A stretch of DNA of 32,000 bases from Erysipelotrichaceae bacterium. Lineage in GTDB: Bacteria > Bacillota_I > Bacilli_A > Erysipelotrichales > Erysipelotrichaceae. Below are positions 27,671 through 32,000 of the stretch, one piece after another. Location of the stretch: positions 1,230,001-1,262,000 of the forward strand of contig OY760660.1 in NCBI GenBank assembly GCA_963663995.1, in the 5' to 3' direction. Numbering within the stretch: position 1 is the stretch's first letter; every line of letters begins with the position of its first letter. Under the pieces are notes generated by a model. It made no database searches, was not told the origin of the DNA, and was given only the letters and a program-made list of their open reading frames with translations. A program made the translations under genes and the position numbers.

Positions 27671-28738
27671 TTAACTTAATGATTTTTCATCGATAATTTC
27701 AATATCAATTATTTCTTTATATGACTCAGGATCACTTAATCTAAGTTCCATAAAACTTTTCTTTAATTTACTACAACTTGGTTTGAAAGTTGCATAAGTT
27801 AAGCCACCTGAGACAAGTCCTCCAACAATTGGAACAACTTTTGATACACCTTTAGCAAAGATTGCTTTAGTCATATTTGCCCCTAACTTAGTAGCGATAC
27901 TTTTCACTATTGGATAATAGGCAGTTTTAGTTAACGCTTTAGCAGCAAGAGATTTCGCGACTTTTGCGGTTGCTAATTCTGCAATAGTTGCTACCCCTTT
28001 ATTTGCCCCTTGTACTCCAAACATGACTCCCATAAATATCATAAGTTCATTTAATGTATCATCATTGATATCTGATTCATCCAATTGTAGTTCATCAAAT
28101 CCATATAAGTATGCCAATTTTTGTAGAACTCGAACAACATGTCCAAAGTATTGAGCAATATCGGCAGGAATTGTAGCTGCCATGGTTAACCCACCTGGAA
28201 ATCCAGCTGCGAATGAAATTGCAGAAACTTTGTTTGTCTCAAAATTGATAATTTGATCAGCTATTTCGTTAATTTTTTTTCTTTCAATTCCTGCATATGC
28301 TGGATTCTTTTCAATTGCTAAAATAACTTGTTCATTTGGATAATATTTAATTAATTCTTTTTTAAGAAATTGATCTCTCTCGACCTTCATTCCAGGAATT
28401 TTTATGACTTGCTTAATAATTGTTTCAGGTTCTATTTCATACTGAGACCAGTCTGTTTCTTTTATTTTTGTTGAGACAACATCATAAGCTTCGACACTTT
28501 TCTCCCCAACAAATTTTGAACCATCAACAATTGCTTTGCCCGCCACTTTTCCTGTGCTTACTGCTACTTGTCCAACAACTGCTGCAGTTTTCTCGATATT
28601 CTCTTTTGTGATTCCCACACTGACAGCTGCTGCTTCAACTTTTTTTGCAGCTTCGCCTACACTTGTTGCTGCTTTGTTAATCTCTTCCACTGCACTATTA
28701 AACTTTTCTAAGACGTTTATTTTCTTTTTTGTTGCCAT
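27671..28738 (-). CDS. EcsC-family protein with N-terminal Ala/Val/Lys-rich extension
   Basis: FAAGFPGGLTMAATIPADIAQYFGHVVRVLQKLAYLYGF parallels the B. subtilis EcsC core (GGxxGxGGL...IPA...RVxQxxAxxYGF), recalled from memory. AGGGGG RBS. Confidence 0.7.
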   Translation of the reverse strand: MATKKKINVLEKFNSAVEEINKAATSVGEAAKKVEAAAVSVGITKENIEKTAAVVGQVAVSTGKVAGKAIVDGSKFVGEKSVEAYDVVSTKIKETDWSQYEIEPETIIKQVIKIPGMKVERDQFLKKELIKYYPNEQVILAIEKNPAYAGIERKKINEIADQIINFETNKVSAISFAAGFPGGLTMAATIPADIAQYFGHVVRVLQKLAYLYGFDELQLDESDINDDTLNELMIFMGVMFGVQGANKGVATIAELATAKVAKSLAAKALTKTAYYPIVKSIATKLGANMTKAIFAKGVSKVVPIVGGLVSGGLTYATFKPSCSKLKKSFMELRLSDPESYKEIIDIEIIDEKSLS

Positions 28739-28820
28739 GTTACCCCCTGCATTAATTAAAGAAAACTATTCAATCTAATCTGTGTTTTTCACGCGAATGA
28801 AATTGAATAACATTGTTAGT

Positions 28821-28833
28821 TTAATTATATATT
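28821..28833. repeat. Left flanking direct repeat of the IS (ttaattatatatt)
   Basis: Identical 13-mer at 30053..30065, immediately outside the inverted repeats. Confidence 0.6.
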
Positions 28834-30052
28834 CCTCGATTGTAAAATGAACTCGTCCACCCGTTAGAAAAAGAAAAGCACCATTCATAAGAATCCTAGT
28901 ATCATTAAGTTGCTAAACACAATGAGAAAGGTCATATGAACGATGCAACACAATGATATAACGGCTAGGTCTAAAGGACAACATTTAAGTTTGTCTGAAC
29001 GTATCGAAATTCAAACACAGAAGCGATTAGGCTATTCAAATCGGCGGATCGCTAAGAATCTTTATCGAAGTCACTCAACCATTAACGATGAAATTAAACG
29101 CGGTACAGCGATACAAAAGAAGATTGTGAATGGTTATACCTATTATTCTGAGAACTATTACGCAGAGACAGGTCAAATCGTTTATGAACGACATCGCTTA
29201 AACAGTCGACCACAACCTAAGCTAGTTAAGGTACAAGCCTTCATCGATTACGCTACACAAAAGATTAGTGTTGATAAGTGGTCACCTGATATCGTTGTAG
29301 GGCGAGCTTTAAAAGAAGGTTAATTTGATCAATCTGAAACAGTCTGTGCTAAGACCTTATACAATTATATCGATAGAGATTTCATCAAGGATTTGAATAA
29401 CTTGAATCTATGGTTGAAACTAAGACGAAAGACAAAGTCTAAGAAAGCACCTAAACATCGAAGAGTATTGGGTCAATCAATTGATCATAGACCCCAAGAA
29501 ATCAATGACAGAAACACCTTTGGACATTGGGAGATTGATACTGTCATCGGAAAGAAGAAAAAAGATGAACCTGTTCTACTTACCATGACAGAAAGATTAA
29601 CACGCTATCAAATCATTCTTAAAGTCAGAGGCAAACACGAAGCTGCGATTAATGAAGGACTTAAACAATTAAACCTAGATCATCCAAACTTTCCAAAACT
29701 CTTTAAGTCCATCACCAGTGATAATGGCTCTGAGTTTGCAGGATTAACTGAACTGATACAGGACTTAAGTGATGTCTACTTCGCTCATCCCTATTCATCT
29801 TGGGAAAGAGGAACGAATGAAAGACACAATGGACTGATTAGACGTTCCATTCCTAAAGGCAAGTCACTTAAAGCCGTTCCGGAAGAAATGATAAAACAAG
29901 TGGCTCATTCCATGAACCACTTGCCTCGTAAGATTCTTAACTACCAAACACCTACTGAATCTATTCTCTTCCACTTCAAACAAATTCAAACAACTTAATG
30001 ATTCTTGTTTTCTTTATTTCAAAAAGTGGACGACTTGATATTGCAATTTAGG
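28834..30052 (+). mobile_element. IS30-family insertion sequence (1219 bp)
   Basis: Terminal inverted repeats cctcgattgtaaaatgaactcgtccac (28834..28860) and gtggacgacttgatattgcaatttagg (30026..30052), about 20/27 matching with perfect outer cct and inner tcgtccac. Encloses an IS30-type transposase frame. Confidence 0.88.
28943..29998 (+). pseudogene. IS30-family DDE transposase interrupted by one in-frame TAA (29321..29323)
   Basis: The two track ORFs (28943..29323 and 29393..29998) are in the same frame. Sequence after the stop reads on as FDQSETVCAKTLYNYIDRDF... N-terminal HTH; DDE region HWEIDTV / SDNGSEF / ERGTNERHNGLIRR. Confidence 0.85.
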
Positions 30053-30065
30053 TTAATTATATATT
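30053..30065. repeat. Right flanking direct repeat of the IS (ttaattatatatt)
   Basis: Identical to 28821..28833. Overlaps the TAA stop (30064..30066) of the AAA ATPase gene by 2 nt. Confidence 0.6.
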
Positions 30066-31278
30066 ATGTAAAAAAGATATCTTTCTTAAATAGTAAGAAA
30101 TCAAGGATATTTATATGTGTTATTCCATCTCTTGTAAAATCAAATTTATCCATACTTAATACAAACTTAGGAGATTGATCTTTGATAGGACTAAAAGCAC
30201 CAAATTCTCTATCTATTACTTCATCAGTCGCTAATAAATAGGCGACTTGTATAAAACATTTCTTTGTTCCATTGAATACTACAAAGTCAACCTCACCTTT
30301 ATAGGTTTTCCCAACATAACATTGATATCCACGAGATTGTAATTCATTAAATATAATCGTTTCTATAGCTTGCCCAACATCAATATTCTTATTTGGATTA
30401 ACAAGTGTTTTTAATCCAAGATCACTTACGTAATATTTATCAATTGCTTGTAGAATTTTATGTCTGTTTAAGTCGTATTTTAGACAAGGTGTTATCGCTT
30501 TCGAATCAATACATCTATAAACATAATCATAAACGTCATCTTTTCTAACAGTAGTATCATCATTAAATAAAGTTTTGTAAACATTATTTATAGAAACATT
30601 TCGTCCACTTTGATTGAATAAAAATCTAACAATTTTTATGATTAAATTTTTACTGAATTTATCCAAATTAAAAGCAATGTCTTTCATAATTACTGAGTCC
30701 ATTACATCTTGTAGATAAGCTTGAATTGAATATGGTTCATCCAATATTAGTCTTTGTGGCAACCCACCCCAGGTCGCATAATCTAAAAAAGAATCTTCGT
30801 TTATTTCCTTATCTAACAATTTCATGTAATCTATGTATTCACTATATGAAAACGGCATAATCGTAAAGGAAACATATCTTCCAGCTATATAAGTGGCGTT
30901 TTTGCCAGATAATAGTTTTGCATTTGAACCAGTTATAAATATTGAAACATTATATTTATTTTTTAATGATGCGATAACTCTTTCAAAGTCTTCTAATTCC
31001 TGTATTTCATCAATAAATATATACGTCTTGTTTTCATTATTTATTTTAGCTTCTATAAATTCTAAAAAAAGATCAGGGTTCATAATTGAATTGTATTCAT
31101 AGTTTTCAAAATCTATTTCAATCAAAGTTTTATTCAATTGATCTTCATTTAGAATTTCATTTTTTATTTGTTTTAGTAATTCAGATTTCCCAGATCTTCT
31201 TAATCCTATTAGTATTTTAACTAGATCTAAGTGATAGAATGGTCTAATTTTTGATAAATATCTTTCACGTTTCAACAT
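30064..31278 (-). CDS. AAA-superfamily ATPase with C-terminal DUF4143 domain (COG1373 type)
   Basis: Walker A GLRRSGKS and Walker B IFIDEIQ. The 404-aa length and the C-terminal ...GEVDFVV... region fit the AAA_14/DUF4143 architecture. TATAAT (31304..31299) and AAGGA RBS upstream. Confidence 0.82.
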   Translation of the reverse strand: MLKRERYLSKIRPFYHLDLVKILIGLRRSGKSELLKQIKNEILNEDQLNKTLIEIDFENYEYNSIMNPDLFLEFIEAKINNENKTYIFIDEIQELEDFERVIASLKNKYNVSIFITGSNAKLLSGKNATYIAGRYVSFTIMPFSYSEYIDYMKLLDKEINEDSFLDYATWGGLPQRLILDEPYSIQAYLQDVMDSVIMKDIAFNLDKFSKNLIIKIVRFLFNQSGRNVSINNVYKTLFNDDTTVRKDDVYDYVYRCIDSKAITPCLKYDLNRHKILQAIDKYYVSDLGLKTLVNPNKNIDVGQAIETIIFNELQSRGYQCYVGKTYKGEVDFVVFNGTKKCFIQVAYLLATDEVIDREFGAFSPIKDQSPKFVLSMDKFDFTRDGITHINILDFLLFKKDIFFT

Positions 31279-31440
31279 TTCATTAATCCTTTTAATACAT
31301 TATACAACTTATTTTATATCTTTCCACATATTTGGGAATATTTTAAATTATTTATAATTGTTCCAAAATATTATGCAAAATTCCGTTGAACAATACATAG
31401 AATAGTCTTTGTATATTTGGAATATCCTCTAATATTTAGT

Positions 31441-31467
31441 AATCTTTCCCATATATTGGGAAAGATT
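31441..31467. promoter_or_regulatory. Perfect 11-bp-arm palindrome (aatctttccca-tatat-tgggaaagatt)
   Basis: Seen directly. A degenerate copy lies at 31318..31342 over the -35 position of the AAA ATPase promoter, and a half-site at 31413..31425. Confidence 0.45.
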
Positions 31468-31490
31468 ATGATTTTTTATATCTTTGTACT

Positions 31491-31512
31491 AAAAAAGACT
31501 CCGAAGAGTCTT
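31491..31512 (-). terminator. Intrinsic terminator of the alcohol dehydrogenase gene
   Basis: aagactc-cgaa-gagtctt hairpin (31495..31512) overlapping the stop codon, followed on the minus strand by TTTTTT. Confidence 0.7.
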
Positions 31513-32000
31513 ATAAACACATTCTATAGATAGCTTCTACATCACCCGCATCTAATGTCATTAGACCATAGATTTTATCACCATCCACAGCCTTCTGTGC
31601 CATTTCTGGGATATGAGTTTCATCAATATCAATTGCAGTGAGTGTCCCCGGTAATTCTAGTTCTATTTCAAAGAAATCAGATAGTTTTTGAATACCAGCT
31701 TTCGCAATCATCATATCGTCACCATTATCTTCAACCCCAAAAACATTGATGGCGAAACGTTTGAAACGATGAACGTTTTCTTCACTTAAGACATAGTTCA
31801 TCCATTTAGGGGTTAGGATTGCTAACCCTAAACCATGAGCAATATCGTAGAAGGCTGATAGTTCATGTTCCATTGAATGACATGACCAACCTGTCGTTTG
31901 TCCATGACGGGTAAAACCATTTAACGCCCAGGTTCCTGAGTACATGAGATTAGCTCTTGCTTCATAGTTTTCAGGTTCTTTTATGGCGATAGGTGCATAC
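31511..32000 (-). CDS. Iron-containing alcohol dehydrogenase (butanol dehydrogenase/YqhD-like), C-terminal part; gene continues past the right edge
   Basis: HSMEHELSAFYDIAHGLGLAILTPKW carries the Fe-ADH His motifs. The frame stays open upstream of the track's Met through 32000 (...YAPIAIKEPENYEARANLMYSG...). Confidence 0.9.
   Translation of the reverse strand, partial: YAPIAIKEPENYEARANLMYSGTWALNGFTRHGQTTGWSCHSMEHELSAFYDIAHGLGLAILTPKWMNYVLSEENVHRFKRFAINVFGVEDNGDDMMIAKAGIQKLSDFFEIELELPGTLTAIDIDETHIPEMAQKAVDGDKIYGLMTLDAGDVEAIYRMCL

Noticed and set aside
29321-29323. In-frame TAA in the IS30 transposase as programmed read-through or recoding
   Set aside because: IS30-family transposases are not known to use recoding. 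TAA is used as an ordinary stop throughout the window, and no stimulatory structure is evident. A simple nonsense mutation is the more economical explanation.
155-30000. Short track ORFs lying antisense inside longer genes: 155..340, 1161..1367, 2498..2704, 5017..5223, 7698..7913, 10221..10403, 10410..10622, 17623..17835, 19140..19361, 19548..19778, 23719..23985, 24091..24363, 26638..26832, 26878..27135, 28420..28611, 28536..28778 (30893..31102 is the same kind, just beyond this span)
   Set aside because: Each sits entirely within a well-supported gene on the opposite strand. All have low-complexity or Ser/Leu/Ile-rich translations, no RBS and no recognisable motif. They are typical shadow ORFs of an AT-rich genome.
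1-32000. CRISPR arrays, tRNA/rRNA genes, alternative genetic code (Mollicutes code 4)
   Set aside because: No regularly spaced repeat array and no tRNA- or rRNA-like GC-rich structured segment was seen. TGA clearly terminates well-supported genes (ftsX, the ODH-family gene, DUF134, the ABC ATPase) while Trp is encoded by TGG, so code 11 applies.

Overview
AT-rich chromosomal window of low-GC Bacillota type, probably from an anaerobe; the taxon cannot be fixed from sequence alone. Genetic code is 11, since TGA acts as the stop in several ATGA gene overlaps. There are about 32 protein genes, mostly on the minus strand. Region 1-11.3 kb is core housekeeping. It holds uvrA (5' part, runs off the left edge, absent from the ORF track), a GtrA-like gene, a polytopic membrane protein and an SPL/COG1533-type radical SAM protein. 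These are followed by a tightly overlapping ftsE-ftsX-M23 peptidase-S41 (Ctp) peptidase-uvrB chain plus a 56-codon ORF. Region 11.4-21.1 kb holds YitT- and VanZ-family genes sharing a 35-bp palindromic divergent promoter, and a HigB/Gp49-like toxin with an XRE antitoxin. It also holds an opine-dehydrogenase-family gene translationally coupled to a 612-aa protein with an N-terminal DxHxxG cobalamin-binding domain, an ABC-2 exporter pair, a GNAT acetyltransferase and an OmpR/histidine-kinase pair. Region 21.1-31.5 kb is looser and looks accessory. It contains a ~1-kb coding-free gap, a COG1237-type MBL hydrolase, and a five-gene DUF5320-DUF134-NifX-like-2x(MinD/ferredoxin ATPase) operon with CATATG-centred palindromes over its promoter. 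It also contains a Cof-type HAD hydrolase, an orphan EcsC-family protein, an IS30-family element (intact inverted repeats, 13-bp flanking direct repeat, transposase broken by one in-frame TAA) and a DUF4143-type AAA ATPase. The window ends inside an iron-containing alcohol dehydrogenase gene. No rRNA, tRNA or CRISPR array was recognised. The best candidates for undescribed biology are the DUF5320/DUF134/NifX/MinD-ferredoxin operon and the opine-dehydrogenase + B12-domain pair. Neither can be given a function from sequence alone.
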